Assembly (NCBI RefSeq): GCF_010894405.1
Contig: NZ_JAAIYA010000026.1
Coordinates: 111,494 to 175,493 of the forward strand
Source: Pyxidicoccus caerfyrddinensis
GTDB taxonomy: Bacteria; Myxococcota; Myxococcia; Myxococcales; Myxococcaceae
Direction of reading: 5' to 3'
Length of the DNA stretch: 64,000 nucleotides
This document shows positions 50,539-59,708 of this stretch, piece after piece. A model generated the notes under the pieces. The model worked only from the letters and a program-made list of their open reading frames with translations, was not told the origin of the DNA and searched no databases. Position 1 is the stretch's first letter, and every line of letters begins with the position of its first letter. The translations under genes and the position numbers were made by a program.

Positions 50539-50761
50539 GAAGGTGCCTCCGGCGGGCGGTATGCACCGGACGTTTGCCTTCCCGAGCGCACCAGGAGACG
50601 GGGCCTGACGGCCTCACGTGGCGGAGGGGATGCCTGGCGGGCAGCCGTCCGTCGGAGGCATCTCCGGGTGCCGTGTCCTTGCCCACCCCCCGGTGGTGCC
50701 TGTATGGGAAGGCCGTTCCCGCGTCGGCAGCCCGTCTGTCGCGCCTTGCCCCGGAGTCTGT

Positions 50762-51646
50762 GTGAGCGCGCGTGCCGAGTCCCTGTCGACGACCGCGTCC
50801 GACCTGATCTCCCTGACGAAGCCGCGGCTGTCCAGCCTGGTGCTCATCACCACGGCGGGCGGCATGTTCCTGGCGCCCGGCCCGCTGAACACAGTGCGCG
50901 CGCTGGTGACGCTCTTGGCCACGGCCGGCACGGTGGGCGCGGCCAACTCGCTCAACTGCTACTGGGAGCGGCACAGCGACCAGTTCATGGCGCGCACCCG
51001 CAACCGGCCGCTGCCCTCGGGGCGGATGGAGCCGTCGGTGGCGCTGTGGTTCGGCATCTCCCTGGCGGCGGTGTCCCTGCCGGCGCTGGCGCTGGGCGCC
51101 AACCTGCTCACCGCGGGCCTGGGCCTGCTCGCGCTGCTCAGCTACGTGCTGGCCTACACGCCGCTCAAGGCGCGCACCTCCGCCGCCATGCTGGTGGGCG
51201 CGGTGCCCGGCGCGCTGCCTCCGCTGATGGGGTGGACGGCGGTGACGAACGTGTTGGACGCGGGCGGCTTCGCGCTCTTCGCCATCCTCTTCCTGTGGCA
51301 GATGCCGCACTTCATCGCCATCGCCCTGTTCCGCAAGGAGGAGTACGCGGCGGCGGGCCTCAAGTCCGTGCCGCTGGAGCGCGGGGACGAGTCCAGCCGC
51401 GCGCAGGTGGTGCTCTACCTGGTGGCGCTGGTGCCGATGACGCTCTTGCCCTTCCAGCTGAACATCTCCGGCTCGTGGTACCTGGCGGCGGCGGTGGTGC
51501 TGGGCCTGGGCTTCCTAGGCCTGGGGGCGTGGGGTTTCTTCCGCCGGCTCGGGAAGCCCTGGGCGCGCCAGACGTTCTTCTATTCGCTCATCTACCTCAC
51601 CGTCCTGTTCGCCGCGATGACGCTCGACCGCGTCCCGCGCGGCTAG
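50762..51646 (+). CDS. ctaB: Protoheme IX farnesyltransferase (heme O synthase)
   Basis: UbiA-family polyprenyltransferase with 8-9 TM segments. Motifs NSLNCYWERHSDQFMARTRNRPLPSG and the second Asp-rich region. Start assigned to the in-frame GTG at 50762 (VSARAESL...); exact start uncertain. Confidence 0.85.
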   Translation: MSARAESLSTTASDLISLTKPRLSSLVLITTAGGMFLAPGPLNTVRALVTLLATAGTVGAANSLNCYWERHSDQFMARTRNRPLPSGRMEPSVALWFGISLAAVSLPALALGANLLTAGLGLLALLSYVLAYTPLKARTSAAMLVGAVPGALPPLMGWTAVTNVLDAGGFALFAILFLWQMPHFIAIALFRKEEYAAAGLKSVPLERGDESSRAQVVLYLVALVPMTLLPFQLNISGSWYLAAAVVLGLGFLGLGAWGFFRRLGKPWARQTFFYSLIYLTVLFAAMTLDRVPRG

Positions 51647-51673
51647 CGCGCAGGGTGCCGGGGGAAGTCACTC

Positions 51674-52663
51674 ATGCCTGATACCTCGGTCTCCACCCCT
51701 CCGGCGCCGCTGCTCCAGCTCGAAGGCCTCACGCGGCGCTTCAAGGGCCGCATCGCCGTGGACGGCTTGAGCCTGTCCGTGCGGCAGGGCGAAATCCTGG
51801 GCCTCCTGGGCCCCAACGGCGCGGGCAAGTCCACCACCTTCCAGGTGCTGGCGGGGCTCCTGGCTCCGGACGCGGGAGAGGTGCGCTTCGCCGGGAAGGT
51901 GCTGGCGCTGAGCGACCCGTCGCTGCGGCGGCAGATGGGCATCATCTTCCAGCGCAGCAGCCTGGATGACCTGCTCACCGCGCGGGAGAACCTGATGCTC
52001 GGGGCCCGGCTGTACGGCCTGGGCGGCGAGCGGGCGCGCGAGCGGGTGGAGGCGATGCTCGCGCTCATCGGCCTGCAGGACCGGGGCGACGAGAAGGTGG
52101 GCATCTGGTCCGGCGGCATGCGCAGGCGGCTGGAGCTGGCGCGTGCGCTGGTGCACCAGCCGCGCGTGGTGCTGATGGACGAGCCCACGCAGGGCCTGGA
52201 CGAGGCGGCCTTCCGCACCTTCTGGGCGCACCTCAAGCGGCTGCGCGACAGCGAGGGCGTCACGGTGCTGCTCACCACGCACCGCGCGGACGAGGCCGAG
52301 GTGTGCGACAGGCTCGCGGTGCTGGACGCGGGCAAGCTGGTGGCGTGTGACACGCCGGCGGCGCTGGCCTCGCGCATGGGCGGGGACATCCTCTCGCTGG
52401 AGGCGGCCGAGCCGGAGGCGCTGGCGCGCGAGGTGCGCGAGCGGCTGGGGCTGGACGCGAAGGTGGTGGAGGGGAGGGTGCAGGTGGAGGCCACAGAGGG
52501 CCATGCGCTGGTGCCCCGGCTGGTGGAGGCCTTCCCGGCCGGGCGGCTGACCTCCGTGTCGCTGCGCCGGCCCACGCTGGCGGACGTGTTCCTCCAGCTC
52601 ACGGGGCGCGCGCTGGGGGCGGACAAGCCCGCCGCCGAGCCCGCGCCGAGGAGACGCCGATGA
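51674..52663 (+). CDS. ABC transporter ATP-binding protein
   Basis: Walker A GPNGAGKST, Q-loop, ABC signature SGGMRRRLELARAL, Walker B VVLMDEPTQGLD, and H-loop. Confidence 0.9.
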   Translation: MPDTSVSTPPAPLLQLEGLTRRFKGRIAVDGLSLSVRQGEILGLLGPNGAGKSTTFQVLAGLLAPDAGEVRFAGKVLALSDPSLRRQMGIIFQRSSLDDLLTARENLMLGARLYGLGGERARERVEAMLALIGLQDRGDEKVGIWSGGMRRRLELARALVHQPRVVLMDEPTQGLDEAAFRTFWAHLKRLRDSEGVTVLLTTHRADEAEVCDRLAVLDAGKLVACDTPAALASRMGGDILSLEAAEPEALAREVRERLGLDAKVVEGRVQVEATEGHALVPRLVEAFPAGRLTSVSLRRPTLADVFLQLTGRALGADKPAAEPAPRRRR

Positions 52664-53529
52664 ACGCCGAGGTTTCCGCCGCTCCTCCGCCCGTGGAGGC
52701 CCCGCAGCCGCTGGAGGCCCGTGTGCCGGCTCCTGTCGCACCGGGCTCGCTCGCGCTGCAGTGGGCGACGGTGCGCGTGCTGCTGGTGCGCGACGTGGTG
52801 CGCTTCTTCCGTCAGCCCAGCCGCGTGGTGGGGGCGTTGGCGCAGCCCATCCTCTTCTGGTTCGTCATCGGCTCCGGCTTCGCGGGCTCGTTCCGCGTGG
52901 AGGGCGCGCAGGGGCTGGGCTACCAGCAGTTCTTCTTCCCCGGCGTCGTCACCATGGTGCTGCTGTTCAGCGCCATCTTCGCGACGATTACCGTCATCGA
53001 GGACCGGCGCGAGGGCTTCCTCCAGGCGGTGCTCGCCGGGCCGGGTTCGCGGCTGGCGGTGGTGCTGGGCAAGGCGCTGGGCTCGTCGGCGATTGCGCTG
53101 ATGCAGGCGTCGCTGTTCCTGCTGCTGGCCCCGCTGGCCGGGGTGAGCGCGGCCACGCTCGACCTGCCGCTGCTGCTGACGGTCATGGTGCTGTCCGCGC
53201 TGGCGCTCACCGGCATGGGCATGTCGCTGGCATGGTGGGTGCGCTCCAGCGCGGGCTACCACGCGGTGATGAGCATCGTCCTGCTGCCCATGTGGGTGCT
53301 GTCCGGGGCGATGTTCCCGCTCAAGGGCGCGGGCTCCTGGCTGGCGTGGGTGATGCGCGTGAATCCCATGCGCTTCTCCGTGGAGGGCGTGCGGCGCGCG
53401 CTGTACGGCGTGGAGGCGTCCGCGGCGGTGGGCCCCGCGTCCGTGGCGGGGCTGGAGGTGCCGGTGCTGCTCGCCTTCGCCACCGTGTTCGTGGGCCTGG
53501 CCGCCTTCAGCGTCAGCCGGCGCGAGTAG
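52660..53529 (+). CDS. ABC-2 type transporter permease
   Basis: Six predicted TM segments. Start overlaps the ATPase stop (ATGA). Topology matches an ABC-2 family permease. Confidence 0.8.
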   Translation: MNAEVSAAPPPVEAPQPLEARVPAPVAPGSLALQWATVRVLLVRDVVRFFRQPSRVVGALAQPILFWFVIGSGFAGSFRVEGAQGLGYQQFFFPGVVTMVLLFSAIFATITVIEDRREGFLQAVLAGPGSRLAVVLGKALGSSAIALMQASLFLLLAPLAGVSAATLDLPLLLTVMVLSALALTGMGMSLAWWVRSSAGYHAVMSIVLLPMWVLSGAMFPLKGAGSWLAWVMRVNPMRFSVEGVRRALYGVEASAAVGPASVAGLEVPVLLAFATVFVGLAAFSVSRRE

Positions 53530-53615
53530 CCCCAGGCGCACGCGGCTTGGACATCCGGAGCCCCGTTCAGTACGACGGGGTGGCTGATGAACCTGCTTCC
53601 CGAGGAGATTGCACG

Positions 53616-54482
53616 ATGACGCTGCGCACGCTCGGTCTGACGCTGTTGGGGACCGCGGGCCTGCTGGCCCTTCCCGCCTGCCAGAAGGAGGAGGCTCCGG
53701 CCGCTCCGACTCCGGCTGCCACCGCCCCGCAGCCCGCCGCGCCCACGCCCGCGCCCGAGGCCAAGCAGCACGCTGCCACGCCCATCCAGGAGCCCGGCGC
53801 GCAGGGGACCGCGCCCGCCGTTCCAGCCATCCCCGCCGGCAAGGGCGTGGTGCGCGGCACGGTGACGTTCACCGGCACGGCGCCCGTGGCGGCCGACCTG
53901 CCGCCGAGCAATGACCCTGCCTGCGAGGGCATGTCGATGAAGGACGCCTCGGTGCTGGTGAAGGACGGCAAGCTGGCGAACGTGCTGGTGCGCGTGCGCG
54001 GCAACGTGCCGGGCGCGCCGCCCGCGCCGTCGGCTCCGGTGCTGGTGGACCAGTCGAAGTGCACCTATGTGCCGCGCGTGCAGGGGGCGATGGTGGGCCA
54101 GCCGGTGGCCTTCAAGAACAGCGACGGGACGCTGCACAACGTGCGCGGACTGGTGGGCACGAAGTCCGCCTTCAACGTGGCGCAGCCGCCGTCGGGCGCG
54201 CAGGTGCAGAAGACCTTGCCCGCGGACGCGGAGGTGCTCAAGCTCAAGTGCGACGTGCACCCGTGGATGACGGCGTTCGTGGTGACGAACCCGAATCCGT
54301 ACTTCGCCACCACGGGCGCGGACGGCACGTTCAGCCTCCAGGGCCTGCCCGCCGGGAAGTACACGGTGGAGGCCTGGCACGAGTCGCTCGGCACGAAGAC
54401 GGCCGAAGTCACGGTGAAGGACGACGCGCCGGCCGAGGCCTCCTTCGCCTTCTCCGCGACGGACGCCTCCGCGAAGAAGTGA
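53616..54482 (+). CDS. Lipoprotein with a cupredoxin-like (type-1 copper) C-terminal domain
   Basis: Signal peptide and lipobox LLALPAC. GAGGAG Shine-Dalgarno upstream. Pro/Ala-rich linker. The C-terminal domain has a plastocyanin-like ligand arrangement: GTLHNVRG (His-Asn motif) and KCDVHPWMTAFVV (C-x2-H-x2-M followed by a hydrophobic strand). Confidence 0.6.
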   Translation: MTLRTLGLTLLGTAGLLALPACQKEEAPAAPTPAATAPQPAAPTPAPEAKQHAATPIQEPGAQGTAPAVPAIPAGKGVVRGTVTFTGTAPVAADLPPSNDPACEGMSMKDASVLVKDGKLANVLVRVRGNVPGAPPAPSAPVLVDQSKCTYVPRVQGAMVGQPVAFKNSDGTLHNVRGLVGTKSAFNVAQPPSGAQVQKTLPADAEVLKLKCDVHPWMTAFVVTNPNPYFATTGADGTFSLQGLPAGKYTVEAWHESLGTKTAEVTVKDDAPAEASFAFSATDASAKK

Positions 54483-54495
54483 GCGTGTCGAAACG

Positions 54496-55992
54496 ATGAG
54501 CACGCACGGGCTCGCGCGGGTGCGGTGGTGGTACCTGCGCGGGCTCGGGTTCGTTTTCTGTCTCGCGTTCGCCTCGCTGCTCCCGCAGTTGCCCGAGCTG
54601 CTCGGACCTCAGGGACTGAGCCCCGCCGCGGAGTGGCTCGACCAGGTCCGTGAGTATCTGGGTGGCGAAGGACGCATGCTGCGCGTGCCCACGCTGCTGT
54701 GGCTCACGGGGGCGAGCACCGGGGCCTTGCGGGGCGTGAGCATCGCGGGCCTCCTGTGCGGCCTGCTGCTGGTGGTGGATGTGGCGCCGCGCTACGCGCT
54801 GGTGGGCGCGTGGGCCGCGTACCTGTCCATCACCACCGTGGGCGGCGTGTTCCTCAGCTTCCAGTGGGACGTGCTGCTGCTGGAGACCGCGCTCGTCTCG
54901 CTGCCGCTCACACCCGGACACCTGTGGCCGCCGCGCGTGGCATCGGAGCCGCGCCGTGAGGCGGTGCTCCTCGTCCGCTTCCTGTTGTTCCGGCTGATGG
55001 TGATGTCCGGCCTCGTGAAGCTCGCGAGTGGCGCCCCGACGTGGCGCGACTTCACCGCGCTCGAGTACCACTACTGGACGCAGCCGCTGCCGAATGCGCT
55101 GGCGTACTTCGCGCACCAGCTTCCGGCGGGGCTGCAGCGGGCCAGCGCGGTGGCCATGTTCATCATCGAGTTGATGGTGCCGTTCTTCCTCTTCGGGCCC
55201 CGGCGCGTGCGGCTCGCGGCGGCCGCGCTGCTGGTGCTGCTCCAGGTGGGCATCTTCGCCACCGGGAGCTATGGCTTCTTCAACCTGCTGACGCTCGTGC
55301 TGTGTTTCGCCGCGCTCGATGACGGCGTGCTGCGCCGGCTGCGCTTCCCGAAGCTCGGGGAGGAGGGTGCTCCACCAGCGCCGCGCTCACGGTGGGGCAC
55401 CGCGGCCTTCACCGTGTTCGCCGGCGGCTATGCCGTGCTCGCGCTGTCGCAGGATGCGCGCCGCCTCATGCGCTGGAGTCCTCCGTCGCTGGTGTCGACG
55501 GTGCTCGAAGCCGTGAATCCCTTCAACAGCATCAACACCTACGGCCTCTTCGCGGTGATGACCACGCAGCGCGAGGAAATCGTCATCGAGGGCAGCGACG
55601 ACGGGCAGACGTGGTACGAGTACCTCCTGCGCTGGCGCCCGGGCCCGGTGGACGAGCGGCCCCGCGTGGCCGCGCCGCACATGCCCCGGCTGGACTGGCA
55701 GATGTGGTTCGCCGCGCTGTCCACCTGCCGCGACAATCCGTGGCTCTTGCGCCTCCAGGACGCGCTGCTCCGGGGCGAGCCCCAGGTGCGCGACTTCTTC
55801 CGCAAGGGCTCGCTGCCGGACACGCCTCCACGCTACGTGCGCACCGTCCTCTACGACTACCGCTTCACGGACTTCGCGACGTGGCGCTCCACGGGCGCCT
55901 GGTGGACCCGGCGGGCGGTAGGCCCCTATTGCCCGCCGCTCATGCTGCGGGATGGGCAATTGCAGCGGGCGGACCCGACTTCTTCACCGTGA
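54496..55992 (+). CDS. Lipase maturation factor (LMF1/DUF1222) family polytopic membrane protein
   Basis: Many TM segments in the N-terminal two-thirds and a C-terminal soluble domain with conserved Trp/Cys (RLDWQMWFAALSTCRDNPW), the typical architecture of bacterial LMF-family proteins. Confidence 0.65.
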   Translation: MSTHGLARVRWWYLRGLGFVFCLAFASLLPQLPELLGPQGLSPAAEWLDQVREYLGGEGRMLRVPTLLWLTGASTGALRGVSIAGLLCGLLLVVDVAPRYALVGAWAAYLSITTVGGVFLSFQWDVLLLETALVSLPLTPGHLWPPRVASEPRREAVLLVRFLLFRLMVMSGLVKLASGAPTWRDFTALEYHYWTQPLPNALAYFAHQLPAGLQRASAVAMFIIELMVPFFLFGPRRVRLAAAALLVLLQVGIFATGSYGFFNLLTLVLCFAALDDGVLRRLRFPKLGEEGAPPAPRSRWGTAAFTVFAGGYAVLALSQDARRLMRWSPPSLVSTVLEAVNPFNSINTYGLFAVMTTQREEIVIEGSDDGQTWYEYLLRWRPGPVDERPRVAAPHMPRLDWQMWFAALSTCRDNPWLLRLQDALLRGEPQVRDFFRKGSLPDTPPRYVRTVLYDYRFTDFATWRSTGAWWTRRAVGPYCPPLMLRDGQLQRADPTSSP

Positions 55993-57445
55993 AGCCCACC
56001 CGCGCGCCCCCCCCGGCGCGGTTCTCCGCGAAGGCCTCACCTCCGTGGGCGCGCGCAATCCGCTGCACCAGCGCCAGCCCCAGTCCCAGCGAGCCCGCCT
56101 CGCGGGCCTCGCCGCCCCGGTCCTTCCGGTAGAAGGGCTGGAAGATGCGCACCTCCTCGCCCGGCAGGAGCCCCTGGCCCCGGTCGTCCACGAAGAAGGC
56201 GAGGTGCTCGCCGCGCTCCTGGACGCGCAGCGCCTCCGCGCCCGCGCCATGTCGCCGCGCGTTCTCCAGCAGGTTGGCCAGCGCCCGCCCCAGCAGCGTC
56301 GCGTCTCCCTGCAGGCCCGCCTCCGCCGCCTCCACGTCCAGCAGCTCCACTGGCAGCCCCGCGCGCTCCAGCGCCTGCGCCGCGAGCGTGCGCCCGTCCA
56401 GCACCCGCGACGTGAGCTGCCCGAAGTCCAGCCGCGAGCTGGCCAGCAGCTCGCCCACCAGCGCGTCCAGCTCCACCACCTCGCGGTCCACCTGGTCCAG
56501 CGTCTTCGGGTTGCCTCCGCCGTCGCGCAGCAGCTCCGTCAGCACGCGCATGCGGGCCAGCGGCGTACGCAGCTCGTGCGACACCGCGGCGAGCATCTCG
56601 CGCTGGTCCGCCACCTGCTTCTCGATGCGGCCCGCCATGTCGTTGAAGGCGACGGCCAGCACGGCGAACTCGCCCGTGGTGTGCGGGAGCACCTCGGCGC
56701 GCGCGTTCAGCTTCCCCGCGCCCAGCGCCTCGGTGGCCTTCACCAGCGCGTCCACCGGCCGGGCCAGCCGCCGGGCCAGCTTCCCCGCGGCGAGCCACAG
56801 CACTGCTCCAGCGAGCACCAGCGGCAGCGCCACCCGGAGCGGGTTCTTCGGACGGAAGGGGGAGTAGCACGCCCGCACCATCCCCAGCGGGACGCCGTCG
56901 CGCTCCACGGGGACACTCAGCTCGGAGCGCCGGCACGGCTCGCCCCCGCGCACCAGCAGTGCGCCGGAGGTGTCCCGCAGCTCCACGCCAATCTCCAGGT
57001 CCGTGGCGATGGAGTGCACCAGCGCGTCGCGCCGCGCGGGCTCGTTCCAGACCTCCTCGAAGCGGTGGCCCACGAAGGTCCGCATCCGGTCGGTCTCCTG
57101 CTTCCACGTGTTGCCGCCCACCAGGTTCATCACCGTCACCACCACGAGGCCCGTGGCGAGGATGGACAGCCCGAACCAGAGGAAGAGGCGCCGGTGCAGC
57201 CGCGCGCGCACGAAGTGCCCCAGCCGGCCCATGCGCCAGTACCGGTGCCGCCAGCGCGCGTGCGCCCGCATGTGCCGCCGCCAGGCCGCGGGGCCATGCC
57301 CATGTCCCCAGGGACCATGCCCCCAGTGCTCCATGCCGTGGCCCGGGGAAGCACCCTCGGGCTTTTGTTCGGAGTCCTCCTCGTGAAGACCGCAGTCGGG
57401 GCCACAGTCGGGCCCGTGGCCCCAGTCGCGCCGGCGGCCTCTCAT
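55940..57445 (-). CDS. Sensor histidine kinase (HAMP-HisKA-HATPase) with an unusual His/Trp/Gly-rich N-terminal extension
   Basis: H-box AAVSHELRTPLARM, N-box NLLENARRHG, G-boxes DDRGQGL and GLGLALV. Two TM helices flank a ~110-aa periplasmic domain. A ~90-aa N-terminal region (DWGHGPDCGPDCG...MEHWGHGPWGHGHGP...HMRAHARWRHRYW) precedes TM1. The ATG overlaps the response-regulator stop (ATGA). Confidence 0.85.
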   Translation of the reverse strand: MRGRRRDWGHGPDCGPDCGLHEEDSEQKPEGASPGHGMEHWGHGPWGHGHGPAAWRRHMRAHARWRHRYWRMGRLGHFVRARLHRRLFLWFGLSILATGLVVVTVMNLVGGNTWKQETDRMRTFVGHRFEEVWNEPARRDALVHSIATDLEIGVELRDTSGALLVRGGEPCRRSELSVPVERDGVPLGMVRACYSPFRPKNPLRVALPLVLAGAVLWLAAGKLARRLARPVDALVKATEALGAGKLNARAEVLPHTTGEFAVLAVAFNDMAGRIEKQVADQREMLAAVSHELRTPLARMRVLTELLRDGGGNPKTLDQVDREVVELDALVGELLASSRLDFGQLTSRVLDGRTLAAQALERAGLPVELLDVEAAEAGLQGDATLLGRALANLLENARRHGAGAEALRVQERGEHLAFFVDDRGQGLLPGEEVRIFQPFYRKDRGGEAREAGSLGLGLALVQRIARAHGGEAFAENRAGGGARVGFTVKKSGPPAAIAHPAA

Positions 57446-58122
57446 GGCCCCTCTTTGGCGAAGACGTAGCCCACGCCGCGCACCGTCTTGATGAGACGCG
57501 TCCCGACGTCGCCCAGCTTCTGCCGCAGATGCGAGATGTGCACGTCCACCGTGCGCTCGCCCACCACCGTGTCACTGCGCCCGGCCTCGCCCAGCAGCGC
57601 GTCGCGAGGAATGACCCGCCCGGCCCGGCGCACCAGCGCCACCAGCAGGTCGAACTCCAGGCCCGTCAGGTCCACCAGCCGGTCCTCCACGCGCACCTCG
57701 CGGCCGGCCACGTCGATGGACACGCCGCCCGCCTCCAGCCGGTCCGCCACCGCCGACGGCTGCGAGCGGCGCAGCACCGCGCGCAGGCGGGCCAGCAGCT
57801 CGCGGGGGCTGAATGGCTTGGGCAGGTAGTCGTCCGCGCCCAGCTCCAGCCCCACCACCCGGTCCGTCTCGTCGCCCTTCGCGGTGAGCATGACGACCGG
57901 GATGCGGCTCTTGGCGCGGATGCGCTTGCACACCTCCAGACCGTCCATGCCCGGCATCATCACGTCCAGCAGCACCGCGTCGTAGGCCCCGGCCTCCAGC
58001 GCCGCCAGGCCGCGCCCACCGTCGGGCGCGTGGGTGACGCTGAGGCCGTTCTGCCCGAGGTACTGCGCGAGCAGCTCGTACAGCCGGGTGTCGTCGTCGA
58101 TGAGCAGGACTCGCGTGGACAT
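57442..58122 (-). CDS. OmpR/PhoB-family response regulator
   Basis: Receiver domain (VLLIDDD...DAVLLDVMMPGMDGLEV...LTAKGD) with the phospho-acceptor Asp, and a C-terminal winged-helix DNA-binding domain. Confidence 0.9.
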   Translation of the reverse strand: MSTRVLLIDDDTRLYELLAQYLGQNGLSVTHAPDGGRGLAALEAGAYDAVLLDVMMPGMDGLEVCKRIRAKSRIPVVMLTAKGDETDRVVGLELGADDYLPKPFSPRELLARLRAVLRRSQPSAVADRLEAGGVSIDVAGREVRVEDRLVDLTGLEFDLLVALVRRAGRVIPRDALLGEAGRSDTVVGERTVDVHISHLRQKLGDVGTRLIKTVRGVGYVFAKEGP

Positions 58123-58137
58123 GTACGGCCTCTGACT

Positions 58138-58401
58138 CTAGCGCGCTCCCTCGCCAGGCGCGGGGGGCTCGGAGGGACTGGGGGCTGCGACGGACGGGGC
58201 CGAGGCCCCCCTGGGCGCGCGAGACTCCCACGACTCGCTCGGGCCCCGCGAGCCCCAGCGGCGCTCCCACCGGTCCTCCCCGCGCTCTCCCCACGCGCTG
58301 GAGTGGCAGGAGTGACGGTGGTGGGCAAGGCGGGCGAAGCCGGAGGCATAGCCTCCGACGGTGCCCATGGCGAGCAGGACTATCAGCAGGCGGCGGCGCA
58401 T
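58138..58401 (-). CDS. Small secreted His/Trp-rich protein
   Basis: Signal peptide MRRRLLIVLLAMGTVGGYASG, then HHRHSCHSSAWGERGEDRWERRWG. Sits between the CpxP-like gene and the regulator. Confidence 0.4.
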   Translation of the reverse strand: MRRRLLIVLLAMGTVGGYASGFARLAHHRHSCHSSAWGERGEDRWERRWGSRGPSESWESRAPRGASAPSVAAPSPSEPPAPGEGAR

Positions 58402-58449
58402 GGTGCGTTCTCCTTTGCGTTGATGAAGACGGCTGTCATGGGGAGCGGG

Positions 58450-58959
58450 TCAGACCATCTGCTCGCCGTGCCCCCGCCAGCCGCCGCGCCCACCGCACCG
58501 GCCATGGCCGCCGTAGCCGCCTCGCCAGCCGTAGCCGAAGCCGTGCTCGATGAGGTCCGCCAGCTCGCGGCGCTGGCGCGGGTCCAGGGCCTCGTGCACC
58601 TGAGACAGCCCGCCCTGCACCGTGCGGCGCAGGTTGTCGAGCGCCACGTCATGGCGCGCGAACAGCTCGCGCAGCGCGTCCCCGTCGAAGTGCTCGCCCC
58701 GCAGCGCGGTGCCGAGGGCGGTGCGGCTCGGGCCCACCTCGTCGCGCACCTTGGCGAAGGCCTCCGTTACTTCTTCCACCGTCTTGACGATGACCTTCTC
58801 CTGGCCGGGAGACGTCTCCAGGCGCTCGAACAGCCAGCGCAGCCGGGCGCGGCCCCAGCGCCCTCCGCCGCGGTGATGGGAGTGATGCCAGTGGCGCCCG
58901 CCGCGCAGCGTGAAGATGAGCCCCGCGAGGCACGCGGTACCGAAGAGAAATCCGAACAT
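58450..58959 (-). CDS. CpxP/Spy/ZraP-like periplasmic protein with His-rich N-terminus and Gly/Trp/His-rich C-terminus
   Basis: N-terminal membrane anchor or signal (FGFLFGTACLAGLIFTL), then HWHHSHHRGGGRW, a helical core with an LTxxQ-like element (LDPRQRRELADLIE), and a tail GYGWRGGYGGHGRCGGRGGWRGHG. Heads an operon with the two-component system. Confidence 0.5.
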   Translation of the reverse strand: MFGFLFGTACLAGLIFTLRGGRHWHHSHHRGGGRWGRARLRWLFERLETSPGQEKVIVKTVEEVTEAFAKVRDEVGPSRTALGTALRGEHFDGDALRELFARHDVALDNLRRTVQGGLSQVHEALDPRQRRELADLIEHGFGYGWRGGYGGHGRCGGRGGWRGHGEQMV

Positions 58960-59298
58960 GGTGCTGTGCTCCCCAGAAGTGCCGTGCCCGGGAAGGGCCG
59001 GCGTTGTTGACGGGGAGAAAGGTAGAAGGCGGGTGTGAAGCGCGCGCCCGAGCCCCGTGAAGAAGTGTGAAGGGGTCCTCCGGACTCGGAATGGAGCGGA
59101 GAGCCCGGTCGGTTTTCCCTAGCGAGCGACGCTCCTTCCTGGGAGTGTCCGCCGTCCGACGCCTGCTCGCCTAGCGGGGAGGGGGACGGTGGACATTCAC
59201 CCGCAGGGTGGATTGTCGTATCGGTGTTGGGGCGATGTCCGCTCCGCACGGGCAGCCCGGAAGTCCGGACCGCCGCAAAGCAGAAAGAAGAAGGTCAC

Positions 59299-59502
59299 AT
59301 GGCAATCGGTACTGTGAAGTGGTTCAACGACGCCAAGGGGTTCGGCTTCATCGCGCAGGACAACGGTGAGGACGTTTTCTGCCACCACTCGGCCATCAAC
59401 ATGGATGGCTTCCGCACCCTCCAGGAGGGGCAGAAGGTGGAGTTCGAGGTGACCCGCGGTCCCAAGGGACTGCAGGCCCAGAACGTCCGCGCGGCTGGCT
59501 AG
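59299..59502 (+). CDS. cspA: Cold-shock protein (CspA family)
   Basis: [51 protein letters not shown] contains RNP1 (KGFGFI) and RNP2 (VFCHH) motifs. GAAGAAGG Shine-Dalgarno upstream. Track ORF trimmed to the internal ATG. Confidence 0.95.
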   Translation: MAIGTVKWFNDAKGFGFIAQDNGEDVFCHHSAINMDGFRTLQEGQKVEFEVTRGPKGLQAQNVRAAG

Positions 59503-59518
59503 CAGCCAGGCACCGCGG

Positions 59519-59536
59519 CCACCCATGGGTGGTTTC
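59519..59536 (+). terminator. Candidate intrinsic terminator of cspA
   Basis: Perfect palindrome CCACCCA/TGGGTGG followed by TTT, 17 nt after the stop. A second hairpin (CTGGCT-agc-AGCCAG) spans the stop codon. Confidence 0.35.
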
Positions 59537-59708
59537 GAGGCCCGGTCTCCCACAGGGAGGCTGGGCCTTCGTCTTTCCGGCCTCCGGCCTGCCAGCCAGG
59601 CGGCCTCGCGGTGTCCACCCGTCGACCCCGGTCGCCTTCCTTACCTTCACGGCAGGAGCGCGGCGCACCCGCCGCCATTCACCGCCTCGAGGCGAAGGAG
59701 ACGCAGGC

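Noticed and set aside
55940-57445. Shortening the histidine kinase to an internal Met just before TM1
   Set aside because: Kept full length because the upstream ATG overlaps the regulator stop in an ATGA coupling arrangement. Flagged as uncertain in the findings.
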